Below the pieces are notes generated by a model. The model saw nothing but the letters and a program-made list of their open reading frames with translations. It was not told where the DNA came from and ran no database searches. Positions 1 to 11,400 of a stretch of 55,838 bases of DNA are shown piece by piece (positions within the stretch are counted from its first letter, which is position 1; every line of letters begins with the position of its first letter). The position numbers and the translations under genes were made by a program. Source of the stretch: Spirochaetales bacterium (lineage in GTDB: Bacteria > Spirochaetota > Spirochaetia > JABEVK01); the NCBI GenBank assembly GCA_037142615.1, contig JBAXAI010000024.1, positions 1 to 55,838 on the forward strand, read 5' to 3'.

Positions 1-74
1 CCGAGCTGACAGGACTTCAACCGCCCGAAGTGGAGAAACTCCAAAGCCAGAGGAATACCACCCAGAGGGGGTAG
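1..74 (+). CDS. 3' end of a gene entering from the left; probable Rpn/PD-(D/E)XK nuclease-family protein C-terminus
   Basis: Frame from position 3 reads ELTGLQPPEVEKLQSQRNTTQRG-stop (TAG 72-74). 'ELTGLxxxEVxxL' resembles the C-terminal helix motif of Rpn-type proteins. Only 23 residues are visible. Confidence 0.45.
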   Translation, partial: ELTGLQPPEVEKLQSQRNTTQRG

Positions 75-83
75 TGCAATAAC

Positions 84-116
84 AAAAGGCTGGCCCGCCA
101 AGGGTCGGCGTTTTTT
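84..116 (+). terminator. Probable intrinsic terminator
   Basis: AAAAG-GCTGGCCC-gccaa-GGGTCGGC-G-TTTTTT: a GC stem with G-U pairs followed by a T run, just after the stop at 74. Confidence 0.65.
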
Positions 117-211
117 ATGGAACGAGGGGCAGGCGCCCCTTTTGCAAGTGTCGAAGTCTGCGGCGAGGTGGGGAGTCGACTCGGACGAGGTTGTCGGGTA
201 TCGTCCTAGAC

Positions 212-1396
212 ATGTCTGTGTGGCCTTGGCTGAAGTTTCCGCTCGTTGCCCTGATCGTGCTGCCCTTGGCCGGGTGTGCCCGCGCGCCTCAGGTTGCTGG
301 CAATCTGACACTCTGGTCGGCGAGACCCGATTTTGCTCTTGTTGATGCAGCCTCCCGACAAGAGGGTCTCAAGTTGACCGAGGCTCCGCGAACTGCCTGG
401 GCAGAACAGATGGGTCAAGAAGGAGCCCCCGAGCTCTTGGTGGTCGAAGCTGGCACGGACGTCGACGAGGCGGTTAAGAGCGGAGTGCTGGCCGACCTTC
501 GCCCTTTACTTTCTGGGCTCACCGCTCCCGGACTTTTCGCACCCGCGCTGAAAGTTTGGGTTGCGGCGGCCTCCGTGTCGATTTTACCCGCGTCGACTTC
601 GCTGTGGGGCTTGTTTGCCAATCCTACGGTTCTCCAGAACAACGGGCTCAAGCCCCCCAAAGACTGGAAGGAGTTTGAAGCCGCTGCCGTGTCCCTCAAG
701 GCCAATGGCGTTACGCCCCTGGCTCTAGGCGCCTCGTTTGGTTTCCCGGCCTTGGCTTGGGTCTCTGTGCTCGACCTGCGCTTTAACGGCGAGGCAGCGC
801 ACCGTGACCTTCTGGAAGGACGCCGGAGCTTTGCCGACCCCAGTTTGTTGTTGGTGTGGAATACGCTGGCAGACTGGCGCTCGCGCGGCTGGTTTGACGC
901 GGGTGCCTCGACCAAGAACTGGCCCGAAGCCCTGGCCGATGTCAGTGCAGGACGCGCCGCCTTCGTCTTGCTCGGGAGTTTTGGGCTTTCGCGCATCACA
1001 GACAAGCAAACGCTTGAGTTTCTCCCGTTGCCCAGTGATCGAACTGTGGGTTCGAGAAGCGAGCTTGGTTCGGTGGTGGGCTTTGCCGTGTCGGCTCAGG
1101 CCCGCAATCCTAAAGTTGCCCTGGCGTTGGCCGACGCCTACATCCTGGCAGGCTCGCCTGGCCAACTCGAGGAAGGCTACCGGTCGCCAGCCCTGCCACG
1201 AACGGGAGTTGCCGGGTCTGTCGGCGAGCAAGACCAGTGGCTTGCCCACGCCGTCGCTGTGTTTCCGTTGCTTGATCGTGCCTTGCCGGCAGCTGCCGCC
1301 AAACGGGCCGACTTGTTGATCCAACAGTTTTTCACCGAGGGATCGACCCTCACCGCCACCGATTTGGCGCGGGCTTTCCAAACCCTGGAATCGTGA
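212..1396 (+). CDS. Extracellular solute-binding lipoprotein, ABC carbohydrate-binding family 1-like
   Basis: Lipobox LPLAG-C. Motifs 'G.LADL', 'GLFANPTVL..NGLKPPKDWKEF', 'GVTPLALG', 'GRAAF'. ATG 212 is preferred over TTG 191. Confidence 0.75.
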   Translation: MSVWPWLKFPLVALIVLPLAGCARAPQVAGNLTLWSARPDFALVDAASRQEGLKLTEAPRTAWAEQMGQEGAPELLVVEAGTDVDEAVKSGVLADLRPLLSGLTAPGLFAPALKVWVAAASVSILPASTSLWGLFANPTVLQNNGLKPPKDWKEFEAAAVSLKANGVTPLALGASFGFPALAWVSVLDLRFNGEAAHRDLLEGRRSFADPSLLLVWNTLADWRSRGWFDAGASTKNWPEALADVSAGRAAFVLLGSFGLSRITDKQTLEFLPLPSDRTVGSRSELGSVVGFAVSAQARNPKVALALADAYILAGSPGQLEEGYRSPALPRTGVAGSVGEQDQWLAHAVAVFPLLDRALPAAAAKRADLLIQQFFTEGSTLTATDLARAFQTLES

Positions 1397-1404
1397 GGTT
1401 GACC

Positions 1405-2421
1405 ATGAAACGCATCCTCTGGGCCGGTCTGTTGCTGGTTCTCGTTGTCGCGGGCGCCGCCTGGTGGTTTTGGGGACGGGGCCCCGAGGCTGTCACGCTC
1501 GCCTTTGAGCACCCGCTGGCCGAGGGCAAGGTGCTGCAGGCGCTTACCGAGCAACTGCGCGAGTTTGAAAGCCTCAACCCCGGATTGCGCGTTGTGCTGC
1601 AAAAGAACGGCCCGAGCGCCGACTTGGCGTTGCTGAACCGGTACCCGGCCGAGGATGCGTGGCGCTTCCCCCTGACGCCGTGGAGTGGCAGCCTATGGGT
1701 TTTGGCGGCAGGTCACCAGCAACTCGAGAGGCTGGCGGCCGTCGACCCCCAGGGTGTGGCCGACCTGCGAGCGGGCAAGCTCGACGCGCCTGGGTTCACC
1801 GCGCTCCTGGCCAAGGCGAAATCGCTGGGTTCCGCCCCGCTGACGCTGGGCAACAGCCACTTGTGGCCCTTCTTGCTTTGGTTGCAGGTATGGACGGCGG
1901 CAACGCTGGGCCCCGATTCCGCCTCGCGTCTGCCCGGTACGCTGGCCCCGCCGTACCCACCCTTCACCGAGGCCATGGCCGAGTTGAAGCGCTGGCGTGA
2001 GTCCGGCTGGTTCGACGCCCAAGCCTGGCCCTTGGGCTGGGCCCAAGGGGTAGGGCCGCTCGACAAGGGCACGGCGACGTTCGCGCTGCTCAGCGAGTCG
2101 CTGCTTTCCGCGCTCTCACCGGCGACGCGGGCCACGCTGGAGTTCTTGCCGTTGCCGCACCGGGCCGGCGATCCGACTTGGAACCTCGGGAGCGCGCAGT
2201 TTCTGGCGGTTTCGAAGACCAGCGCCCACAGCGCCGAGGCCGAGCGGTTGGTTCACTTCTTGACGAGCCCCGGTGTCACGACTCGCCTGACGCAGGCCAC
2301 CGGCCTACCGTTCTTTGCCTGGAATACCGACAACGGGCACTCGCCGCTGGTGCTGCCCGATTGGAGCACCCTGATCAACCAGCCCGATGTTCAGGCGCTC
2401 GCCCAGGCGCTCGCCAACTAG
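1405..2421 (+). CDS. Membrane-anchored solute-binding protein, family 1-like and divergent
   Basis: N-terminal TM helix; 'FESLNPGLRV', 'PLTLGNSHLWPF', 'AVSKTSAH..EAERLVHFLTS'. GAGG lies upstream of ATG 1405; GTG 1393 is an alternative start overlapping the previous stop. Confidence 0.7.
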   Translation: MKRILWAGLLLVLVVAGAAWWFWGRGPEAVTLAFEHPLAEGKVLQALTEQLREFESLNPGLRVVLQKNGPSADLALLNRYPAEDAWRFPLTPWSGSLWVLAAGHQQLERLAAVDPQGVADLRAGKLDAPGFTALLAKAKSLGSAPLTLGNSHLWPFLLWLQVWTAATLGPDSASRLPGTLAPPYPPFTEAMAELKRWRESGWFDAQAWPLGWAQGVGPLDKGTATFALLSESLLSALSPATRATLEFLPLPHRAGDPTWNLGSAQFLAVSKTSAHSAEAERLVHFLTSPGVTTRLTQATGLPFFAWNTDNGHSPLVLPDWSTLINQPDVQALAQALAN

Positions 2422-5400
2422 TTGTTGGGTTGCAGCTTGGCGTATTCGGGCTTGGTCCCGACCCAGCCGACCACCGGCAGCGTGCTGCTGGAGTACTTGC
2501 CCAGTTGGACCTTGTTGAACTTCTCTTCGCCGCCGATCGGGTTGGTGACTGCTTGGATGGTCATCACTTCCCAGTCTCCCGTGTAGTTGTCACTGCCGTC
2601 CACGCCGGCCGAGAGCGTGGCCACGCCGGTCGCGTCGAACCGAGGGATGGCAAGCCGGATCGAGTTCTTGGTTCCGCCGAAACTGTCGGCATAATAGGCG
2701 ATCACCGGTTGGCTTCCCGAAGCTCCCGTCACCGTGGGCATCGGCATCATGCTGATGTTGGTCCAAGCGCCGACCGTCGTGGTCGCCGAGGGTTGGCCGT
2801 CTACCACCACAACGCTCACTGAGCCCTGGGACGGAGCGCCCGTACCGGCCCACGGCACGCGGGCGAACTTCAGCTGCCCGTTTGACAGGTCCTTGTAGGC
2901 CATGTAGAGGTTGGTGCCGTCGGATACCAGCGAGACGTCGGAGCCCACCGTGGTACCGGAGTCGATGGTGATGGTGCTCCAGTTGGTCAGGCCCGCCGTC
3001 GCCACCGTCAGCGTGATATTGCCCGCTCCCACGGTGCCGACGGAGGGAGCCGTCGCCGGAGCGTAGTCGATCGCCGTGATCCCGAAGGTGGCCGTCGCGT
3101 TGATGGCCGTGTCGCGGAAGGCCAACGAGGCTCGCAGCGCGATGTTGAGCGCATTGCCTATGTTGGCGGCCGTTGCCAAGCCGGTGATGTTGACCTTGAT
3201 GCCGTTGGTTATCCCGGCGCTGACCGCTCCAGCCGGGAGGGTCCCCGTCTGGCCGGCGGACGCGTCGAAGTAGACCGCGTAGGGCGTCGCCATGTCGTTG
3301 ATCACGAAGTACTTGCCGTCGTAGTTGGCTGAGGTTCCGTTGGCAATGGTCACCGTCGTCACCGGCCGCACGTTGGCGGTCATGTTGGTCTTGTTGTCCG
3401 TGCCCGCCGCTCCCGCTGTGCCCAGGTAGTTGAACGCAGCCGCCGAAGTGGCCAGCTTCAGCGTTCCCGCCGCAGCATCGTAGTAGGCTACCGCGATGCC
3501 GGAGTTGCCGACGCGGGCCATGCCGAAGAACGGACTGCTGCTTCCGAGTTGGGTGCCTGGAACCGGCAACACGAAGGCGTTGCGGGAAGGGCCAATCGTG
3601 GTGGCTGTGATGTTGCCCGTCGCAGCAGCACCGCCGGCGGCTGTCTGCTGGTAGGCGAACGACACGTAGTTGATCGACTGGGCATACGGACTGGCGTCGT
3701 AGTACGAGAGCCAGATGTTCGCCCAGTTGGCGTTGACGGTCGACGCGGCTGCCAACAGCTTGGGATGGGGGAAGCGGCTCATGTACCGGTAATTGCCGCC
3801 CGTGGTGGAGTAGCTGGTCGAGTAGTAGTCGTTGCCTTGCAGTGCCATCCAGTTGGTTCCGCCGTTGGCCGGCACCGACGGGTTGTAGTTCTGACCGAAC
3901 GAATCCACCGTCTGCAGGTAGGCGTTCCAGCCGAGCACTTCCAAGAGGCCCGTATTGTCGACGTTGCCCACCATGGAGTCGAAGGCCGAAACGAAGAAGC
4001 GCTGGTAGACGCCGCCGATGGTGGCTGTGGCGAAGCCGGCCTGGCCCATCTTGCGGTAGCCCGACTTGCGAGTGGCCGCCGTGTCGCTGGTGTTGTAGAC
4101 CAGGATGCCGCCGTTGTCGTCGTCGAAGGCGAACTCGGGCTGGTCGTTGGTCGGGTTCACGATCATCTCGGCGTTGGAGTAGGTCATGAGCGCCGGGTTG
4201 ACCGCCGTCGTCGTCAAGCTGGTGACGGCCACCTGCTTGGTGTTCCACACCCACAGGAAACGGTTGTCATTCCACTTGGCCGCCGTCACCGCGCCTGTCG
4301 CTTCGCTGTTGTTGGCGTTGGCGTTGTTGTCGAGGTTGTTGCCGCTGGGCACCGAGTTCACCACCAGGGTCAGGTAGCCCGATCGCGTCCAGTTTTTGGT
4401 GACCTGGACGGTGTTGGTCGGGTAGGTCGCGTCGAGGGTCAGCGCGCCGCTGTTGGCCGTGTTGGCGTTGGGAACGCCCGTGGCGTACGCGGCGACCGTG
4501 CTGCCACTCCAGGCGGTGGCCTGGAAGCTGGTGCGACCCAGGTTGTAGCCGTAGGCCGTGAGCTTGTTCGTCGCCGAGCTCGTGATGGAGTAACCGCCGT
4601 TCGAGCCTCGCAGGATGGTGGCCGGCAGGCCGGTCGGATCCGTGATCGAGGTGATGTAAGGAACCACGTCGACCGTACCCGCCGTGCCGAGGTCGGCATT
4701 GGTCGCGTTGCCGGCAAGGTCGACTGCGTTGACCTTGAGGGTAACGTTGGCTGCGGCCACCGTCGCAATGCGCGACGAGTCCCAGACCAACGACCAGGTG
4801 TAGCTGTAGCCGGTGGTCACGCTGCCGCCCGGTTGCTGCACGGCCACGGCCTGCAGCCAGAACTGAACGGAGGTACCGCCCGTGGTCGGCGTGATGGCCG
4901 TGCCGTTCACCGTCGTAGAGACAGCGAAGCTATTGGTCGCCGCCGAGACCACATAGTAGGTTGTGCCGGCCGTCAGACCCGCGGGCATGGCGCTAGCCGT
5001 GAAGTAGATTGGTGTGCCGTTGGTCAGCCCGTTGGCCGTGGCCGCGAGAGTCGACGAGCCGCCGGTAACTGTCAGGCTGGCGCCGACGCCGTTGATCTGC
5101 ACGCCGACGGCCTTCACGTCGGTGTCGTCCGCGGCCGTACCCGACAGGCGCAGCCCACCGGACACGTCGGCGTCGGCGGTCGTCTGGTCGTAGGCGCTGT
5201 CGGCCTTGGCTTCGACGTGCCCTCCCGAAACCAAGGTGTAGTTGGTCGCCGTGGCGACCGAGGTGACCGCGATGGCCGCGCCGCCGTTGGTGGCCGACAG
5301 TTGGAACGGATTGGCGTTCGAGATCACATAGTAAACGGTGCCGGGCGAGAACCCGCCGGGGGCGTTGCCGTTGGCCCACATGACCTTGGTTCCTGCCGTG

Positions 5401-8400
5401 ATCCAGCCCGGCAGCGCCGCCGAGATGTTGGCGCTCGCGGCCGTGAGCGCCGCCGTCGGCACGTCGAGGCTCAACGGTGTCTTGGCGGTCCAGTCGGCCA
5501 CGGCAGTCTGGCTCAGTTCGGGGAACGTCACCGTGGGCGCCGTGTTGTCGCTGTTGTTGATCTTGAGGAAGAAGTCCTGCGTCGCGATGTTGCCGTCGGC
5601 ATCGGTGGCTGTGCCACGCAGCAGATACCAATAACCGTTGGTGAAGCTCGATTCCTGGCCCGTGCCGCCACCGTTGACGTAAATCGAGACTGTCGCTGTG
5701 ACGGGCAAGGTAGAGCCTGAGCCCTTGGCGCTGAAGTCGCGCACGCCGCTGGTTCCGTAGTACCAGCCGGAGTAGGTGGTGTCGGCGCTGGCACTCACGT
5801 CGGCGCCGTTACCGTAGCGGCCGACCACATCAAGGCGCCAGCCGGTCGAGGCAATGTTGGCCGAGGCACCGGTGTCGTTGGCCGTCAGCACGACGGTCAT
5901 GGGCGACGAAGCTGCCGCGCCGGTCTTCACCTTCCAGGGCGAGCCGCTGAGGTTGGAGCCGTTGACCGTCACCACGGGCAGGCTTGGAGGATAGTTGGTC
6001 ACCTGACCCGCTACCGTTCCGAAGCGCTTGTTGCCGGCTTGGTCGTAGGCCACGAAGTACACCGTCAGCGGCCCGTCAGGCAGTACCGTGGTGTCGAAAT
6101 AGCTGTACCACTCGTCGTAGGCGCCATTGCTCCCGCTCTTGGCCTTGAGCGATTCCTGGAAGCCATCGCCGTCGCCGAGGCTGGTGTTGGCGTCGAACTG
6201 TCCCAGTTCAGTGCGCTTGTCGATGGTAATGGCGTAGTTAGGGTCCTCGGTGAAGGGAATGCCCGTCGCCAGCGTGCCGGCTTGGTTATACAGCTCGGTG
6301 CCTGAAGTCGAAAGGTACGAGGCCGTCGCCAGTGTGCCGCCGGGCGTCGAGGGTCGCACGAAGTTAGTGCCCTTCACGAAGTAGACATTGATGTGGTCGA
6401 TGCCCGAGATCGTGCCCGCGTCGGACGCCTGGCCCAGAACCTCGTTGGCAGTGCCGTTGTTGGCCGGGACGCTCACCGAGTTGGTACCGCCGTAGAACGA
6501 GTAGGTTTCGGCCGGTGGGGTGCCCTGGTAGCTCAGGCCCGCACCGAAGACGGAGTTGGCCGTATTGAACGCCAGACTGGGCAACGTGTTGTCCACGTGG
6601 TAGGTCAGCGAGCTGGTGGTCTGTTTGAAGGTCTGGTCGGTGAGTTTGAGGCTGACCTGCAGGTCACCGTTGCCACCGGTCACGGCTGTTTTTGTATCGA
6701 TAGGGATGGCGATGCGGTAGGTGTACGGGTTGCCGCTGCCCACGTCGGCGCTGATGGTAGCACCCGAGATACTGGTGATGTCGGAGAAGTTGTTGCCGCC
6801 GTCGAGGCTGACCTGCATCGAGGTGTTCGGAATCGACTGGTCGTCCTTGAACAGCGCCCGGATCGTGAGCGTGCCGCGCTGAAGCGAGCCCGTGGCCGGG
6901 GTCGGGTTGGCGCTCGGTGTGACGCCATCGGTGGCAGGGCCCAGAATTGTCGGCTCCGTTGAGTCGATGTACAGGCGGATGGTCTGAGGCGAACCCTGAA
7001 GCCCGTTGATGTCGACAGGCGTGACCTTGAGGCGCAGGAAGCCGTTGGCCGAGGCGAAACCGCGCGCGATGAGGTTGGTCTTGTTGAGTTCGGACAGTTG
7101 GTTCAGCAAGATCGACCAGGCGCCGTTGGTGACGCTGATGGTCTTGGCCACTGCTTCGCTTTCGAAGTCATCGGCCTTGTCGCCGTCATTGTTGAGGTCG
7201 AGGCCCGTGCCTGCTGGCAGCCCCACGTTGGCGTACAGGCCGTCGTCGTTGAAGTCGATTTGGAGCAGAGCGCTCTGGGCACCGTCGTCGTCGGTCACCG
7301 AGCCGCTGACGAGGAAGCTTCCGGACACGCTGGCGTAGGTGGCCGGCGCGCTGAAGGACGGCGCGGCCAGGGTGACAATCGGCTTGTCGCTGTCGGGGTC
7401 GATGTCGAGGTAACCGGTCGAGTTGGCCGCCTGGCTCTTGTTGCCCGCGATGTCGGTGGCGATGGCCTCCAGCGGGAAGCGCCAGATGTTGGAGCCCTGG
7501 CTGGTCGAGTCGGTCGCGTTGGCGTAGGTGCCGCTGGCGAAGGTGACCTTCCAGCTCAGCAGGTTCACGCCGGGGTTCATCGAGACGCGGGTCAAGCCGC
7601 CCGAGGCGACCAGCGACGAGACCGCGCTGCTGTCGGTCACCGAACCCAGCACGTTGACCGTGCCATTCACGTTGGGCGCGTCGGCGCCGATCGTCGTGGT
7701 GAGCACGGGGCTGGTGAAACTGATCACCGGTTCGACGGTGTCGACGATGAGGGTCACGAGGCCCGTGGTCGTCTTGCCGTGGCCATCGGTGGCGAGGTAC
7801 TGAATGTTGCGGGTGCCGTCGAGGCTGTGGCCGGCCAGGTCGAGGGCCAGCGCGAAGTCGTACTTGCCGGTCACGCCGTTGAGGGTCGCCGCGGCGTAGG
7901 CCTCGCCGGCGTCGGCGAAGTCGCCATCACCGTTGCGGTCCACCTGCACCTGAACCGAGGTGATGCCTGCGGCATCGGTCGCCGTCAGTTGCAGGGTCAG
8001 GTCATTGTTGACGTAGCTGCCGTTGAAGTTGCTGGTGATGAGGCGGTCCGCCGCGACGGCATACCGGTCGGGTACCGTGATTTGGCTCAGTGTCAGGGTC
8101 GGAGGCGCCGTGTCGATGCTGAACGACAGCACGGCGGTGCTGGCCTCGTTGAAGGGCGTGGCACCGGTACTGGTGAACAGCGAGTCGGTGGCGTGAATCT
8201 GCAACTTGTAGTCGCCGTCGGCCAGGGTCGACAGCACATGTTCCAGGTTGATCGACTTGCCCGAGATCGAGGCCGGCAGCGAGACGGGCACGTAGCCTTC
8301 GTTGGCGTCAGCGAAGTCACCATCGTTGTTGCGGTCGATGCGGACCTCAACCGTCGTCAGGCCATCGTCGTCGGTGACGGTTCCCAAAGCTTTGGCGCTG

Positions 8401-11400
8401 ACGTCGAACACCTGTGCCGCCGTGGGGGCCGACAGGGTGATGACGGGCTTGTCCGAACCTTGGTTGATGGTGAAGCTCAGGCTTTGCCGCGTCGACACGT
8501 TGCCGGCACCGTCCACCGAGACCACCCACAGCTTGTGGGCCTGGTCCACGACGGTATTGTTCACCGTGGCCGTGTCGAGAGCGGCCGTCCAGCTGTAGGT
8601 GCCGGCGGCGAGGGTCCAGCCCGCGAACGAGGCATTGGGAGCACCGGGGTCGGCTGCTGCGAACTTGGTGTAGACCTTGCTGATCAGCACGTTGTCGGCC
8701 GCGCCACCCCGGAAGGTGACCGTGCCGTTGTAGGTGCCCGTCGAGGTGTCGGGATTGAGCGCGGCGCTGTCGAAGCTGGTACTCGGCAGCGTCGTGTCGA
8801 TGAGGAGCGTGTACGACTGCACGGTCTGCCGTCCATTGACGTCAGTCACGCGCACTTCGAGGTTGACGCTGGAACCCGAAAGGCTCAGGCCCGTCTGGGC
8901 CCACGACCACGTTGAGTAGTTGGTGCCCGTATTCGTAACGGCCGCGAACGCGCCGACACCCACCAGGCGGGCCTCGACCGTGGACACGCCCACGCCGTCG
9001 CTGGCGGTGCCAGTGAGGGTGACTTGGCTGCTGATGTAGGCGCCCTGCAGGGTCGCCACGGCGCCCAGGCCGTTGTCGAGCGTGCTCACGGCGCCGCTGG
9101 GTGCCGAGTCGTCCTTTTTGATCTGGATTGAGCTCGATGTCGTCGTGACGGCGGCGATGTTTTGCGACGTGTCGACAAAGGTTTCGCCCAGGTCGGACAC
9201 GCGGACCACGACACCGTAGGCCGCCGCCCGTTCGGTCAGGCCCGCACCGGCCGCCACCGCGTGGCTAAAGCTGACGTTCAGGCCGTTGGCGCCCGGGTTG
9301 GACACCGCCCTCCAGGTCGAGCCGCTGTCGAAGCTGATCTGGAGCGTCGAGGTATCCACCCCGTCGTCGTCGGTGATGGTGCCGGTGACCGCGCCGGTAT
9401 TGTCGAGGAGCGCGTTGTTGGCCGTGGTCAAAGTGATCACAGGAAGGTTGGTCGCTTGGTCGACCGTGAGAGCCAGTTGGTTGGCCGCCAGCGTCGGGTC
9501 ACTGCGGTTCCCGGCCGCGTCGATGGCCAGCAAATACACCTTGGCCGCACCGTCGGCAAGCGTGGTGCTCTTGAAGCGCTGCGTCCAGTTGTAGGTGCCG
9601 CTGAGCAAGGTCCAGCCGTTGGCCGTCGGAACGCCCGTCGCCCAGGTGCCCGGCCCGGTGTTGTTGTTGACCTTGTAGTACACGCCGGCCATCTGGTTGG
9701 TGTCGCTGGAGTTGCCCCGCACCTCGACCGACCCGTTGACGGTTGCACCCGAGGCGGGAACGAGGAACGAGTTGGTCGGAGCGGTGGTATCGACAGTGAA
9801 GTACTGCTCGTAGGTCCGTACCTTGTCGAAGGCGTCGGTGATCGTGACGCGGTAGAAGGTTTGGCCGTCGTTGGAGCCCGTCACGAGGTAGGTGTCGTTC
9901 CAAGCCACCGGTGTGGCGTAACCGTCGGCCGCGTTGGTATCGCTGAACAGGACTTTCTCGGCGCCGTACCCCGAGCCCGTGTCGTACGCAATGGTGACCT
10001 TCTTGACACCGCTCGCATCGGTTGCCGAGCCGCTGATGGCTACGTCGGCGTTTTTGGCCGCGCCTTGCGCCGGGGCCGCGATGGTGCCCGCCGGGAGGTT
10101 GAGGTCGACCGCAAACTTGATGGTGGCCGAGGTGCCGGTGCTGAAGGTTCGCCAACCCACGGTGCCTGTGCCCGTGCCGGGCCCGGTGGCGGTGAAGGTG
10201 GTCCCGACATTGCTGTCGGCCGCCCCGACGAGCGTAAAATTGGTGGTTCCGGCGGTGAGGATGGTGTAGGTCGCGCCGTTTTGCAGGGCTGTGACGGCCA
10301 GCGTGTCGTTGGTGTCGGCCGCCCGCAGTTGCACCTCGTACTGCCCGTCGGTGAAGCCGGTGAACGTGTGGCTGAAGGTGGCCAGCGAGACGTTGGCGGC
10401 AGGGGGGCCGCTCACCGAACTCCACGCGCCGAAGGAACCCGCCGGCAGCACGCGGGTGCGCACCTGGAGCTTGGTCTTATCGACGCTGTCGTCGTCGGCG
10501 ACCGTGCCACTGATCTGCAGCGAGGCTGGCAACAGGTTCTCTACCGCAGAGCCGGCCTCACTGAGGGTCAGCACATGCAGAACCGGCCGGTCGCTGGTCT
10601 GGTCGACCGTGACATGGACTAGCGCGGGCGAGGCCGACGAGTCGTTCCCGGCCGTGTCGGTGGCCACCACGCGAAGGGTGTACGCGCCGTCGGCCAGCGC
10701 CGTCGTGTCGTAGGTGAAGTTCCACGAGTACGACTGATTGAGCGCGCTGTAGCCGGCCGGGAAGGCGGGAGCGGCTGCTGCGGCCGGGCTGAGCGCGTAG
10801 TAGACATTGGTGAGCTGGTAATTGTCGCTGGCGAGGCCCGAAACAAACAGGTTGCCGTTCACTGTCGCCGTGTCGGTCGGGGTGTTGACGGTCGCGGTGG
10901 GCGCGGTCGGGTCGTACACGATGCTCAGGTCACGGGTGGTGCTGGCCCCCGAGATGTCGTAGCTGGTCACCTGCACGGCCTTGACCGATTTCGTGGCGTT
11001 GCTGAACGATGTGATTGTCGCCGTGATCGGGTACGAGGTCTCGTCGTAGGTCAGCGGCGAGTCCTGAAGCACGCCGTTGCCCAAGCCAGGGCCGGTGGCC
11101 ACAAAGGTGGTGCCGACGTTGTTGTTGGGGGCCCCGTAGAGCGTGAAATCCGTGGTTCCGACGGTCTTGATGGTGTAGGTGTAGCTGTTGAGCATGGCGG
11201 TCGCCGCGACGTTGGGACCAGTCAGCCAGGTTTCCTCGCCCGCGTCCCGGGTCTGGTTGTCGTTGTCGTCGACCCATACGTTCACCTTCTGGATGCCGTT
11301 GGTGTCGTTGGTGTCGCCGCTGAGCGTGAACTGGCCGGTCTTGAACTTCTGGCCGATGGTTGGCGAAGCGAGGTTGAGGGTTGGGGGTCCATTGTCGATG

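Noticed and set aside
2418-2421. Convergent genes sharing a CTAG double stop codon
   Set aside because: The overlap is real but is a common compact arrangement with no evidence of function.
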